A stretch of DNA of 64,000 nt, taken from the NCBI RefSeq assembly GCF_009914755.1, contig NC_060938.1; one strand, written 5' to 3'. Below, in pieces: positions 1 through 11,932 of this stretch (positions within the stretch are counted from its first letter, which is position 1; each line of letters begins with the position of its first letter). This DNA is from the human T2T-CHM13v2.0 reference genome, Homo sapiens. Below the pieces are notes generated by a model, which saw only the letters and a list, made by a program, of their open reading frames with translations, had not been told where the DNA came from and did no database searches. The position numbers and the translations under genes are program-made.

Positions 1-124
1 CAGTGGGGATCACAGGACATTCTAAGCTTAAAAAAACACCAGCAACACAAAATCTCAATGGCAAAAAGTGCAGATGTTTTTATTTTTCCTTTTCCTTCAA
101 TAGCGTTTTCATTTGTTAGAAACA

Positions 125-270
125 TGGAATCATAAAATGTTATTGTTGGAGCATTCCTAGGAGATTTTCTAGCCTAAGTCCTTTATTTACCAGGAAGGGG
201 ATGGAGGACGTGTTCAAGGATGCTGGGTCAGCAGGGGTGCTCGGTCCAGGACCTGGCCTCTCCATCATCA
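125..270 (-). mobile_element. MIR/MIR3-like SINE relic
   Basis: Degenerate match to the reverse-strand MIR3 pattern (tcataaaatgtt...ctaggagattttctagcctaa...tttatttaccaggaagggg). Confidence 0.45.
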
Positions 271-749
271 GCCTTGTTTTCCCTTCTTCAAGTGCCCATC
301 AGTAAGTTTCAGTTCTCTGGCTGAGCTGGGGGGCCCCAGCCCAGTTCTTGAAAAGCCAGCTGCTGGAAGTTCCCCACCCTGCTCATTTCCTGCTGCCTCA
401 ACTGCACCTGCTGTCTCCAGACTCCGCTCCCTGCTCAGGACTCTGCTTCTGGCCACCTCCCTTATGCTTCTCTCAGACTCAGGGAACCTCTGAGGCAGGC
501 TGACATTTCGCCTGTAGGCACCTGCATGGTGTACCAGTTGTCAAAACACTAAAATGTTTGCATTCCAATTGGTAAACAGCCACTGCCGGATCCCTAGAGG
601 GCCCTCCCGCCTTCTCTTGACCACCAAGTAATCCAGCAGCTGAGGGGTTAAGAACCTGCAGGGGCCTCCAGGCCCCTGCTCTAGCCCTAAGGCAGATAAC
701 TGTTTTAATACCCTCCTGATTGTTAAGTATTTTCAAGACAAACCCTGCT

Positions 750-783
750 AAAGAGCATGGACTCTGAAAGAGCATGGACTCTG
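750..783. repeat. Perfect 17-bp tandem duplication AAAGAGCATGGACTCTG x2
   Basis: Copies at 750-766 and 767-783. Confidence 0.95.
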
Positions 784-925
784 CAGCCAGCCTGTCCGGG
801 TTGAAACCCTGGTTTCTCTCCAGCTCTGTGATGGGACAGGTTGTTTAAACTCTCTAAGCCTCAGTCTCCCCATCTGCAAATAGGGATACACACTTCATAG
901 GTTTGCTTTGAGACTCACACTAATA
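767..925 (+). mobile_element. MIR SINE
   Basis: MIR core ctctctaagcctcagtctccccatctgcaaataggg. Confidence 0.8.
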
Positions 926-1239
926 AAAATGTTCTGGTTTCTATCTTGCCAGTTCTCACTGCTAGCACCTCATACTTTCTTTCCATGTCCCTGCATCAAC
1001 AGTGAGGATAACCTGGGGACTTGTCCTTGGGCTATACACAGCCACATACCAGAGGCTGGGAGAGGACAGAAGGCAGGCTCTGCCTGGGGATTTTTCTCCT
1101 GTATCATGCTGGTGAAGGCTACAACCTTCTGGGCCCTGCCCTCTGCCTGCCCCAGTGGACAACTGCTTCTTCCTGAGCAGAACCTCTGGCTCCACTTGAG
1201 CCAGCTCTCCCCTCCTGTCACCCATATTCCAATGATACC

Positions 1240-1416
1240 CAGGGCTGCTCTCAGCCCATTCAATGCCTTTGTGAGAGCTGAGAAAAGGTGGCCACTCTGG
1301 ACAAGCATATGACTTGGCAGGTGAACCACAGGCTCAATTTCAGGCTCCAATCACACTCCCTTGGCCAGGCACCCTTGTGCAGTGCACATTCTGTACAACT
1401 GTATTTGGCATTCCTG
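1240..1416. mobile_element. MER91-like hAT-Tip100 DNA transposon relic
   Basis: Starts cagggctgc, ends ttgtgcagtgcacattctgtacaactgtatttggcattcctg; similar to a second copy at 10541-10720. Confidence 0.55.
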
Positions 1417-1629
1417 CTGGCAGCACTCAGGAGCATTTAAGAAAAGTGCTAAGAGATTTGCAAACACTGGAGTATGTAAAGAAACAGCTAACTGCAATCA
1501 TTAGTCTAAGCTTTGCTTCATAACCAAACAGCATGACTAATAAAGTGTCCCAAACTTGTCATTTATTTTCCTTTACTTTCACCTTCAGCCAACTCACACC
1601 ATCAAGTGTCCCAAACTCTTATTATTTAT

Positions 1630-1700
1630 TAATAATCATTTGTTGAGGGCTTACTGTGTGCCAGGCTCTGAAGATACAGACATGACTACGACCTGAATTT
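1630..1700 (-). mobile_element. L2 3' end fragment
   Basis: catttgttgagggcttactgtgtgccagg is the reverse complement of the L2 3' terminus. Confidence 0.65.
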
Positions 1701-2149
1701 TGAGAGAGAGGCAGCTGCATAGACCTGGTGCTCCAGCCCTGGGCTGTCAGAACACTGCACTGGGGTCAAGGGCAGAAGGCCCTTCTGGGGCTGGGGTCCA
1801 GGATGAGTGTGTGGCCTTGAGCAGGGAGCAACCAGCACTCTTCTCAGCTGGGCCTTTCTGGCAGGGCTGGCCTTTGCTCTGACTTCAGCTCCTCTAGTAG
1901 AGAAGCTCAGTTTTCATCACTTCCACCTGCACCCTCCCTGGAAGTCCCTCAACTAATGCATTTCTTTCTTTGGGAGGCCGAGGCTGAAGACTGACGTCTT
2001 CGCCCCGTTGGTCCCTGGAGGCGGGCTGCTGCCCCATTTGGGAGAGGACAGTGCACTCCTTGCACAACCTTTCAAGTACGGGCGCGTCAGAGCAACAGCA
2101 CATTCAACCTGTGCGGGATTTGCAGACCAGCAAGTTTTGCCGACGCGTG

Positions 2150-2560
2150 CTCCCGGAACAGAATCACCTTTTGTACGGTATTAATGTAAAAGTTTCATTT
2201 AAAAGACACCAGCTGTGGTCCTACCCAGGTTTATTCATATGGGACCTTCACTGGGTCAACTTAATACTTAACTACTGCTTATTATCCCATCAGTCTTCAG
2301 GGACAACCCATGATCTAATTGCCTAGCATTTATGTTGCTTGGTAACCACAAATAGAGAATAATAGTTCTTAAAGGGGCAGTGTGGAATTTCATGCCCCTG
2401 CAGTGAAGTACACTTCATTTCCCAGAGCACCCTGTGTTTTTTAATTCAGTGAATAAAAATGTGTAATGAATAATTAATTATGTGCTTGGAGGCACAATAG
2501 CTGTCTACTTTTGAATATTCATCAGCGGCATTATTAATTCACTAGAAATCCCAGGGAGGA
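2150..2560. promoter_or_regulatory. Candidate conserved non-coding element / developmental enhancer
   Basis: Repeat-free AT-rich block with many TAAT cores, including the palindrome ATAATTAATTAT (2470-2481), flanked on both sides by CpG-retaining sequence. Confidence 0.35.
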
Positions 2561-3279
2561 ATGGGATAGGCTTTTAGCCTAGCTGGAGGACTTAACGATA
2601 ATGCTTTGCAACACGCACAAACTTTTTTAAAGCTGACTTTTCTTTGGGAGTCGCTTTCTGGGTAATTTTCCTCTTTTAAGAACATTTCGCCGTGGCCCGG
2701 ATTCCCGCGGAGCTGGTGGGACGCAGAGACCACCAGTGACCATGAAAAAGGCCCACTCTGGAACTCCTGTCTGGAAAGTCCATTAATAACCAGGCTCACT
2801 CGCCTCGTGAGGCCCGGGGTGTGCTAATGGGAGCGAGAAGCCTGGCCGCAGAGGCAGGAGCCCCCGTTCACTTCCAGAGAAGAAAGCAGCGTGCGCACTA
2901 TGCCCTCTCTTAGAGGGGACCCTCTCCTGTCGTGGAGATGGGGACCTCGGCCATCCCTCTGCAGCCTGTGATGTATCCTGCATGGCTCCTGAGTAGCCTC
3001 TGAGGCCAGTGGTGTCAGACTCAGGGCTGGGATCCACGCCCCTAGGCCTCCCCGCCCAGTTCTAAACACCGATGCCAAGGCACCTCTCTGCCAAGGGTCC
3101 TGTACTGTTTCCACTGCAGTTTTCTGAGATCTTCCATGCTAGTATAATTCCTCACCCCACTTTCTCTTTTAGTCCCAGAAAAATCTTCCTGGCCTCTCAA
3201 TTGCGAGCTGCCTGCCTGACGCCCGCTCCTTCCTCCTCCCTTAATAACATAACCTCTACACCACGGGACAGCGCGGCAC

Positions 3280-3710
3280 CCCACTGGACGATTACACTTC
3301 CCAGCCCACCTTGCGGCAGGAGATCATCATGTGACTGAGTTCTAGCCAATGAGAGGCATGTGGAAGTTGCTGGGCGGAACTTCTGTGGAGTCTTTCTGAA
3401 AGCAGGTGGAGAAGGAGTCCTGCTTGTTCTCAGCCTTCCTTTTTTCCTCCAGTCTGGGATGTAGATGAGATGGTTGAAGCTCCAGCAGTCATGGTGGATC
3501 ATGAGGACACTCTGAGGATGGAAACAATGTGCTTGGAGGTTGAGTAAGAAAGACAGAAGGAGCTTGGATCCCTGCTGACTGTAGAACTCTCCCTCACAGC
3601 CTGAAAGTACCTCCTTCCAGCCTTTTTTCACATGAGAGAAATGAACCTCTAACTTGTTTAATCTGGATTATTCTGGGCTTTCTGTTGTGTGCAGTGGAAC
3701 CCAATCTTCA
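3280..3710 (+). mobile_element. Old ERVL/MaLR solo LTR (LTR33- or MLT1J-like)
   Basis: catgtgactgagttctagccaatgag and 3' end tgagagaaatgaacctctaacttgtttaa...ttctgttgtgtgcagtggaacccaatc. Confidence 0.7.
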
Positions 3711-4075
3711 TCGAGTTCCCCTTCCCAAGAGTTCTGTCATTTTTCCTGCATTCTTTTTAGATTTCATAGCATTTACTCTTTCCGATAGATGTGAAAATTC
3801 TTTGAAAAGTTAACATCTTGAATAATGAAAGATAGCCTGTGCAACCCACGCAGAAGTAGGAGCTTTAAGCAAAGTTTTGTAAAGAGGACTGCAGAATTTC
3901 TCTGTGTGTCTTGCTGGGACCTCAGAATTTTTACCAGAAAAGGCAGGAGGGGACTGCCTGGTTTAAGCATCTCTCCCTAACTGTGGTTTGGAAAAGTTTT
4001 TTTAATTTGAGAATTTAAACAGTCAATACAAGGATTATTCCAACCTGGTTGATCCATGCTCTGAAATGAGAACTC

Positions 4076-4222
4076 CCATAGTTTATCATCTCTAAGATAC
4101 TAAAATGCACAATATTTTAAATCAAGGAAGGAAAAATTCTGCCAGCTATAATTGTAAGATGCATCCTGATTCCAGAAATGTTAAATGTGAAGAGGTTGCT
4201 TTTTTAGATCAATGAAGTATGG
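4076..4222 (-). mobile_element. MER104 (TcMar-Tc2) DNA transposon relic
   Basis: ttgtaagatgcatcctgattccagaaatgttaaatgtg...ttagatcaatgaagtatgg matches my recall of the reversed MER104 consensus. Confidence 0.65.
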
Positions 4223-4699
4223 TACATATAGTTAACCAAACAGTTAACTTAAGCATCATTATCCATAAGCAGCCAGAGACATACTACATAGAATTGTGCT
4301 GTTAACTTTCTGTTCTGCTCTTGCCAAGAAATAGGTGAGAACTTTCTGTATCCCAAGCAGATTTTGTTCCACAGTAAGTATACCAGGAAGGATACCACTT
4401 TCTGGAATTAGAACCTTATTTCTTTTGGAAAACATATTTGTCTCTAGATTGCTCAAAGTTTACTTTCTGTACTAATTCTCTCACTGGCGATGCTGGTGGT
4501 TTGCCTGCTCAGTAGAATACCCAGTGATGGTTACGCATTACCCAGATGTAGATTTTCTGTCGCTTGATCTTCTCTTCCTCTTGAGCTCTGTGTTCTCTGT
4601 GTGTGTTGGGCAGGTTGCACTTGCATTTTGATGATAAGAGGGACTTTCTTGTCTCTCTCTATCAGATGCCATCGATGGCCTGAGGCCACTGGATCACTT

Positions 4700-5068
4700 G
4701 CAGCTGGGGTGGACTGTTTCCAGCCCACCGACAGCTTCCCACCTCACGTACCTGGGGTTCTCTTGTTCTCTGTCTATGCGCTTTTCCCATTATCTCAGAA
4801 GTGGCTCAACCAGTGGTGGATGAATGCTCCAGCCTACCCATCCTCTGATGGGCAATTCTGAGGCCTGCCCACGTGGCTTCTCGGAGGGTCCCCAGCAGCA
4901 TGAAGGTCCAGATTCCCCCAATAGTAACTCCTTAGCACATGCTCGTTGGGTTTCTTCCTTTCCCTGTCTGATTTTCCCTACTTCTTCGCTTGTACTTACT
5001 AGGATTGTCTCCCAAGTAAGCTACCTGCACCAAAGTCCTTTCACCAGGATCTACTTTGGAGGGAGCTC
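4700..5068 (+). mobile_element. LTR16-family ERVL solo LTR
   Basis: gagggtccccagcagc...ctcccaagtaagctacctgcaccaaagtcct...tactttggagggagc. Confidence 0.75.
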
Positions 5069-5194
5069 TTTATCAGAAAAAGCAACTTGCTTATTGGCAT
5101 CCAGGTTGAAAATGTTTTCTTCCAGTAGGCAGGAATGTTGATACCATATAAAAAAATTTATTGCGGCCGAAGCTTAGGGGTTGTGATCTATTGT

Positions 5195-5481
5195 GTATGT
5201 CACAGTAATGGCTCCAGATGAGTCCACCCCCAGGTCTCTATGCCTGTGTGTAGTCCCCTCCCGCCTTGACTCTGGTCTAGGCTGTATGACTTTCTTTGGC
5301 CAATGAAACAACAGCAAATATGATGCAGGTGGAGACTGTAAGTGCTTGCACATTTGACTTTGCCCTCTTGGGGGATTTCTGCCAACATACAAAGAAGTCT
5401 GGTCTAGCTGTCTAGCCTAGTGGAGGACAAGACACCATATTGAGAACTGAGGCACCCCAACCAGCAGCCAGCACTGTCAGA
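5195..5481 (+). mobile_element. MLT1F/G-like MaLR LTR, 5' part
   Basis: tagtcccctcccgccttgactctgg...tgactttctttggccaatgaaacaacagcaaatatgatgcag. Confidence 0.7.
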
Positions 5482-5977
5482 TGTGAATGGGGTTGCATTC
5501 ACATGGTGGCTCAAAGGCCCTCCTGCACCAGACTCAAACTCGTAGACATCCAATTGTTTTAAACAGCCCCAATAAGCAAATTTTTAGCCAATTAGAGTGA
5601 GCGTTATTTGCATATCCTACAAATCAGTGCCCAACATCTGCTAACCATAGATAAGATAAACCTTGTAGATATAAAGATCCCTAATTTGCAGCTCTCTGAC
5701 CCAGACTCCCCTCTGGGCTGCTGAATAACACCACGTGCATGTGTAAGACTCCTCTCCAGTCTCCCTCTCCCCCAGGAGTTCTTTTGCCCTCCGTCTTCCC
5801 TTTGCTCTCCTTTACCCTTCTGAGTGGTGGGCCCTGGACAGCGTCATACCGTGAGCAAGTTTTCTTGCATGCAAACCTGTCAAAGTGGCACCCAAATAAA
5901 GTTCACTGTGTACTACTGCCACCTCATGGTTATATCTTTTTACCTGATCAGCCATGGAATCCCCCAAACCCACTACA
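5482..5977 (+). mobile_element. ERV solo LTR, probably ERVL class (family not certain)
   Basis: TG...CA termini, CCAAT boxes, TATAAA 5670-5675, AATAAA 5895-5900, U5-like end tgccacctcatggttatatcttttt...ccactaca. Confidence 0.6.
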
Positions 5978-7086
5978 GTGGGGGAAGTCAGAAAAGACCG
6001 AACCCACTAAGGCTGATGCCCTGGGAGCTGTAAGCTGCTGAGAGGCTGCAAAAGCAGGGCACGATGATGGAGTAGAGACCCAGAGTAAGGAGGCCAAGAG
6101 AAGGGGGCAAGGAAGAAAGAAAAGTCTGCTGGGGCCAGAGAGGGAAAAGCTCCCAGAAATGGCAGAGTGTCAGAAGAAAGGAGAGGACAGCTGGTTTTAT
6201 TAAGAGTTGCTATAGATTATGTAAATAATGGTCAAAATTCCTATTTGGATTTCCCCACTTTCAATGGGACATTGTTTTGGGACTGTAACATTTGGGTCCA
6301 GGCTTTATATCTGACGCACAATGAATATCCTTCCCATATCTTTTTTTTTTAACCCTCTAGTAAAGCAATAAAAAGTTTCTTAGATTTTTCTATTTCTCCA
6401 AGTTCTTGACTGAGACATACTGCATTTGCTTTTAACAAGTGAAAACAATAATACCCTGCAGTCATAACTTAAGCCATCACCATTTTCCTCAGCAAAGTCA
6501 CACTTTTATGAAAGTTTGCCAAGAAGTTTAAGTGCGTGGATTTAGATCAATGAAGACTTTCTTGCATTTTGTTCTTAGCTTGAATTGAGACTGGAAGTCA
6601 TATTTACATGTATCTTTTACTCCTGGGAGTATAACACTGTGCTGATAATAACTGTAGGAAAGCAAGCAAACTCTACATTCCGGATTTGTCCCTGCTACCC
6701 CTATGCTTCAAGTGAGGAGTGGAGGAATCATGAGTAATAAATATGGAGATAAGAGAATGAAACTGGGAAATCAATTTACTGCAAAATATTTGCATCTTTT
6801 ATTAAAAGAAACTGTGTATGAGACCCATAACAGGGTGTGATGATTTATATTTTGATTTGATGCATCTGCTCCATGCCTCTGGGAGAAGTGACGTTGCCCA
6901 GGCATCCATGCGGGACTCTTCTTTCCCATTGATCTCAAAGACTTGTGGTGTATTAGGGTTCAGAGGGACTGAATGTTGATTCTGTACCCCTTATTTTACA
7001 GAAAAGGAAACGGAGGTCTGGAGAAATGATGCAGGTTGGTGGCAAACCCAAGATTCACCTGGAAAAAATTCCATTCTCCTCAAAAT

Positions 7087-7143
7087 GTAAGAAAATGTGA
7101 TAAAGGGATAGAGTAAGAAAATGTGATAAAGGGATAAAGTAAG
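7087..7143. repeat. 26-bp tandem duplication (2.2 copies)
   Basis: GTAAGAAAATGTGATAAAGGGATA(G/A)A at 7087-7112 and 7113-7138, plus a partial third copy. Confidence 0.95.
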
Positions 7144-8149
7144 TCATAGAAGTGTGCATATCCACAGCCTTTTACATCTTTGCTAAAAGTTAGGGAGACA
7201 AGAATCCTTGTCTCCTATTCTGATAAAAACACACATAAACACAGCCGAATGCACATTTGAATATATTTGACATCTCTTTTGACAGAGATGGGAGAAATCG
7301 TTCACTGAATATATACGAGACTTTCCCACCCCCACCCTCTCCCTACTCCAAGAACAAGTTATAGCCAACAGATCCTCTTTTGGTGATGTGGTGGGGAATT
7401 TGTGGACTTGCTTTTTCCCTCTCCAAACCCTCTCTGTGACATAAAAATTATTTTTAAAAAGTGATGTCCCCATTGGCTACTGCTGATTATTTGACAATAT
7501 GTGAAGCTTAGGAATTTCTACCCACTCAAAACCAGAAGGCCTGTGATGGTTAGCATCTTCCTTTTAGGTTGTCTGCAGTTGATGTCATTTGCAAGACCAT
7601 AGTTCCATTTGGCGGCTTCCACTCTGGATTGATCTTCCCAGGAATCCACTCCTCCCTTTCAGCTGCTGCCCTACAGATTCGTGATGCTGCATTGCTTACG
7701 GTCCCCCATGCTGCTCAGGAAGCTCCCAATATTCATGGCCAGTACCTTCTCCCATTTCCTATAGAGGCTCTTCCAGACTCTCTCCACCATCCTTACCCTC
7801 TTTTCCTCTCAGAGTGTGACTGTGCCTTCTACTGGCTGGGGTAAACAGAAGCTGTTTGGATGTGCATGCAAAGCGTAGCTATTAGACTGCCTGCTTTTAG
7901 CATGATGCCTGGCATAGAGTAGCTACTGGATTCATGTTTGCCAAATGGTTGAATTAATGAGGCAGCAACCCTGGAGGTGCAGGTCCAGTGGAGCTGGGGT
8001 TCAGTCACAATGAACACAGGCATCTATGGATTAGGGGAAATGAAAGAATCCATTTGGATGTACCTTGTCTTAGAGTGGAAAGACTGGGATCTAGAGCGAG
8101 GTCTGTTGCCAGCTGTCCACATGACTTGCAGGAAATAATCCGTCCCCCA

Positions 8150-8520
8150 TCAGTTCATTCATTCATACATTCACTCGTTATCCCATAAACCATCACTCAG
8201 CACTTGTTCCAAGCTGGGCATCATGGTAGACAATGAGAATGCAGACATAGTGAGATACGCTCACTGCCTATAGCATGCTCTGAGTCTTGTAAGAGACGTG
8301 AATAACTAAGCTAACATGGTGTGAATAGTCATGAGGCACTGAGTCAGGGGCAGTTCCAAGCAAGGAGATTTTATTCAGCTGGGGCAGGTGGTCAGGGACG
8401 AGAAGGGCATTGGAGCTGAGGCTTGACAGATGAGTTGGAATGTGGCAAGTGAAGAGAGATGGGAAAACAGGGGCCTCTCCTGGGCAGGAGGAAACTGGGA
8501 GGGAAGCAAGTTCTGAAGGT
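8150..8520 (-). mobile_element. L2 LINE fragment
   Basis: ttcattcattcatacattcac tail and tggagctgaggcttgacagatgagttggaa. Confidence 0.65.
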
Positions 8521-9359
8521 CTGAAGGATTAGGAGCCTTTGTGAATTTCTACCTACAGAGGAAAAGCTGGTGGGAGAATATCCTTTAGCCGGGCCACAAA
8601 GTTCCCATGAGGCTGCTGGGGAATCAAGTCCAGGGCTTGCTGTCATTTCAGATGGAAAAGATGGCTGGTGAGAGGGGCACTGACAAGATTCCTGGTGTCT
8701 ATTTGTTATTAGCCTTTTGAACTTGTCTCTGCCTTGGGTTTGCAGGACTCCCGGGCTTGCTTGCATTTGCAAACACGGAGTTTGCCTTTGTGGTGTAGAT
8801 GAGGAAATTGGGTCCCAGAGACGACAAGACAGGTCCAAAGTCACATACAGCCATGTGCAGCCAAAATGTTAGGTGGCATTACTCACAGAGGCATTCAGTG
8901 ATGAACTGAAAGTAGTGCTAGAAAGAATGGAGGTCAGAGGGAAGAAATCCACAGGACCCCATTCATTAGCAATCTGGTCCACACAGAGCTTTTAAAGGTT
9001 GGAGTGAATATTGGATGCTTCCTCTGCTTCTTGGGCCTATTTCTCCTTCTAATTCTAAAGTACCCCAGCTGCCTTCTGGAGTATTACCTCTTCTCCTTTG
9101 CATTCTGGAAGGAGCTGTCATTCAAAGGGCCCTTTACTTCTCTAGACAAATAATGGGCACATGACCCAAGCTCAACCAATGAGATTCTCTCCTGAAATTT
9201 TTGAGCACAGACAGACATGTATTATTAAAAAGGGGGCTGATGCTGGTTCATCGCAACAATGGCCTGTGAGGGACACTATATAGTCCTGGCTATCTACAGA
9301 ACCAGAGTTGCCCTGGTCCTGTCTGTATGTATCTAGTCTGGCTTTCCCTTCACTTCCGT

Positions 9360-9550
9360 GAGGACCTCCATATATGTGGTCTTTGGGTGGGCTAATCTCT
9401 CTCACTTAGCCTCAGTTTCTTCATTCATATAGTGAGATAATAATACCACCTTGCTGTGCTGTTGTGATGATCAAGTGAGCCAATGGGGTGAATGAATGCA
9501 TTCTGCAAACCGTAAAGTGCTCTAGGCATGGGAGCGGCTGTTATTATTGT
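9360..9550 (+). mobile_element. MIR SINE
   Basis: gcctcagtttcttcattcatatagtgagataataataccaccttgc. Confidence 0.75.
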
Positions 9551-10069
9551 GAATATTATTAAGGGACAGCTAGTGGTCACAGAAAGCACAGCCTGAGAGT
9601 GTTTCAGCTGGTCCTAATGAGCGTTCATTGTTGCTTTCTCCAGTGGTTCCTTTTAAAATGCATCATGGAGGGAGCTCAGGGGGAATATACTCTGCTGAAT
9701 TCATAGTTTTGCATACTGTTCATTAAAATGAGTTTCTAAAAATAGATTCAGGTCAGAGAAGGTGTCCCAGACAGGAACGTTTATCAGAGCTTGACCCAAA
9801 TCCCTGTGATCTCGTTTTCCAACAGCCCAGCTGCCTGGGGAGACAGACCTGACCCGGCTCAGACTTTGTGGCCATTTTCTGTCTGTAGAGAGATGTGGAG
9901 CCTTTCCCTGCACCTTTGTGACATGAAGTCCCACCTGGCACCAAAGCCTTCTAAAGTGCTGGAGCCGAAGTGGGCTCTAGGATCCTGTCCTTTCCTGCTT
10001 TGAAATAGCTTTCTTCTTTGACAGCAGTTGGAGTCATGAGTGCAGATCTGATGGGCTCACCTGTCATGT

Positions 10070-10350
10070 GCCCCATGACTCCAATTTGTGCCTCTAGTCC
10101 GGGCTGATTTTCTGAGTTTCAAACCTGTGCAGGCTGAGCATCTCTCCTGGAAGGTCCATGAACCCACTTGCCTAGGATAAGCTCATTCCATACCACACCC
10201 CATTCCCAAACTTGGCCTCCTGCTCCTCCACCCACTGTGAGTTCAAGCCTGAGGGTTAGCTCCCCCACCGCCCCCCTCACACCCAGGCCCTGGAAAGTCC
10301 TGCTATATTCATCCTCTAAATACCTGTAGGCTCTGCCTACACTCTCCATC
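10070..10350 (+). mobile_element. L2 LINE fragment
   Basis: ccatgactccaatttgtgcctctagtcc...catctctcctggaaggtcc L2-like motifs. Confidence 0.5.
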
Positions 10351-10540
10351 TCTCTCCATCTTCTCTTCTGCAAGCTCAGAGTGAAAAACCAAAAGCCTTT
10401 TTTTTTTCCCTGAATAGGAAGGAAGGGAAAAGAAGTAATGGTACATGGGAAGGAGAGGGATCTAGAATTTCTAAGGACAGACCCCTAAAAATCTCTTATT
10501 TCATACAGAGAAAAACTGCAGTTCTAAACAGGCAATAGAC

Positions 10541-10720
10541 CAGGGCTGCCACTGGCCCATGGAATGTCTTTGTGAGAACAAGGAAAATGCGCCCTTTTCT
10601 CTAGGCTGATGTAGCCCTGTTCCAAGGTGCATGGCTTGGCAAGCAAAGTGCAGACTAGATTTCAACCTCTAATCACTGCCTTGTGCAGTAAGCCACGTGC
10701 ACAACCATATAGGGCAGACT
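10541..10720. mobile_element. MER91-like hAT-Tip100 relic (second copy)
   Basis: cagggctgcc...ttgtgcagtaagccacgtgcacaaccatatagggcag. Confidence 0.55.
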
Positions 10721-11169
10721 TGAAAATGACGCCTGAAATTCCACAACCAAAAGGCTGATAGGACTTCAGATGCATTTGGGGCTTTTTCCAGTGTACTCCT
10801 TGAGCTCATGGGGACCCCTTTCCCTCCAAAGCTGCAGCAGTATTTCAAAGTCACTGAAAATGCAGCCCCTGCCAGTACCCTCTGTCCTAGCATCTCAGTG
10901 GATTGGGATCTTTGTGATGAAGAGCAACAGGGTTTGCTCAGCAGTCATGAAAATCTGGTGCTCTCAGATCAGAGGTGCTTTTTGCCTTGAACCAATGCTG
11001 GTGACACCTCGTGGCAAAAAAGGCAGTGCCTCCTTCAGTCCATCACCCATGGAGGCAGAAGCCTGCCCTCTTTATTCTAGAACTGAATTGTAGTCGCCTA
11101 CATAATTTATAGAGGTGGTAATCACTCATTCGCTCAGAAAGTCATGCCAAATAAATGCCAATCATATCA

Positions 11170-11380
11170 GGCAAACTCTGAAGTCCTTCCCTGTACATCC
11201 CATATATGTTACCTCATAAAATTATCCCAACAGCTCCATGAAGCAGCATTATATCCTCATCCTCCACATTCACTAATAGGTAAACTGAGGCTTAAACATG
11301 GTTCATTGCAAATAGGGGCCAGAGCAGCATGGGCATGCACACCTTGAGTCCAAAACCCTTGCTCTTCTATCCTGCATCAC
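11170..11380 (-). mobile_element. MIR SINE
   Basis: cattcactaataggtaaactgaggcttaa. Confidence 0.7.
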
Positions 11381-11389
11381 TCTCTAGCG

Positions 11390-11600
11390 ACCAGAAGATC
11401 TAAGTTCCTGATCCTGTTTGACTTCTAGGTCACTGTGATTTTGGGCAGGTGACTCTATGTCTCTGAACTTCCATTTCTTCATCTAAGAATGTCATCCCAG
11501 ACTACTTTACAGGTTGTTACGATAAAAATAACAACAAAAATACTCAAAACATTAGGTAAGGCACTTTGAAAGGTGATCAGTGATATACAAATATGAGGCA
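11390..11600 (+). mobile_element. MIR SINE
   Basis: tgtgattttgggcaggtgactctatgtctctgaacttccatttcttcatct. Confidence 0.7.
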
Positions 11601-11932
11601 TTGCCAACTGATCCCAGCACAGGTGAGCCCCAGCAGGTCAGAGTAGTGGAGCCCGCTGACCTGCTGGCTGCCAAACAAGTCTTTACATTTGTAGGCTCGA
11701 GTGCCCTCCAAACAGCCCAATCAAAGTGGAGGAAGGAAACCCACAGGGTTATTTCCCATTGTACTTCTTTATATCCAATGATGACCCAGAGGCATCCCAA
11801 GTAGTTCTAGGAAATCAAAGAGATTTGGAAATGCATTGAAAGAGATGGTGGAGTCATGCCATTCAATTCATTTTCTCTGTTTTCTAAGTTTTTGGTGTTT
11901 TGGATATGACTTATAATGAAAGGAATCAATCT

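Noticed and set aside
750-783. 17-bp perfect tandem duplication (likewise the 18-bp one at 63330-63365)
   Set aside because: Real, but these are common slippage products with no functional clue; listed as features only.
3254-3275. REST/RE1-like sequence CTCTACACCACGGGACAGCGCG
   Set aside because: The right half-site is good, but the left half has three mismatches and the spacer is 3 nt rather than 2.
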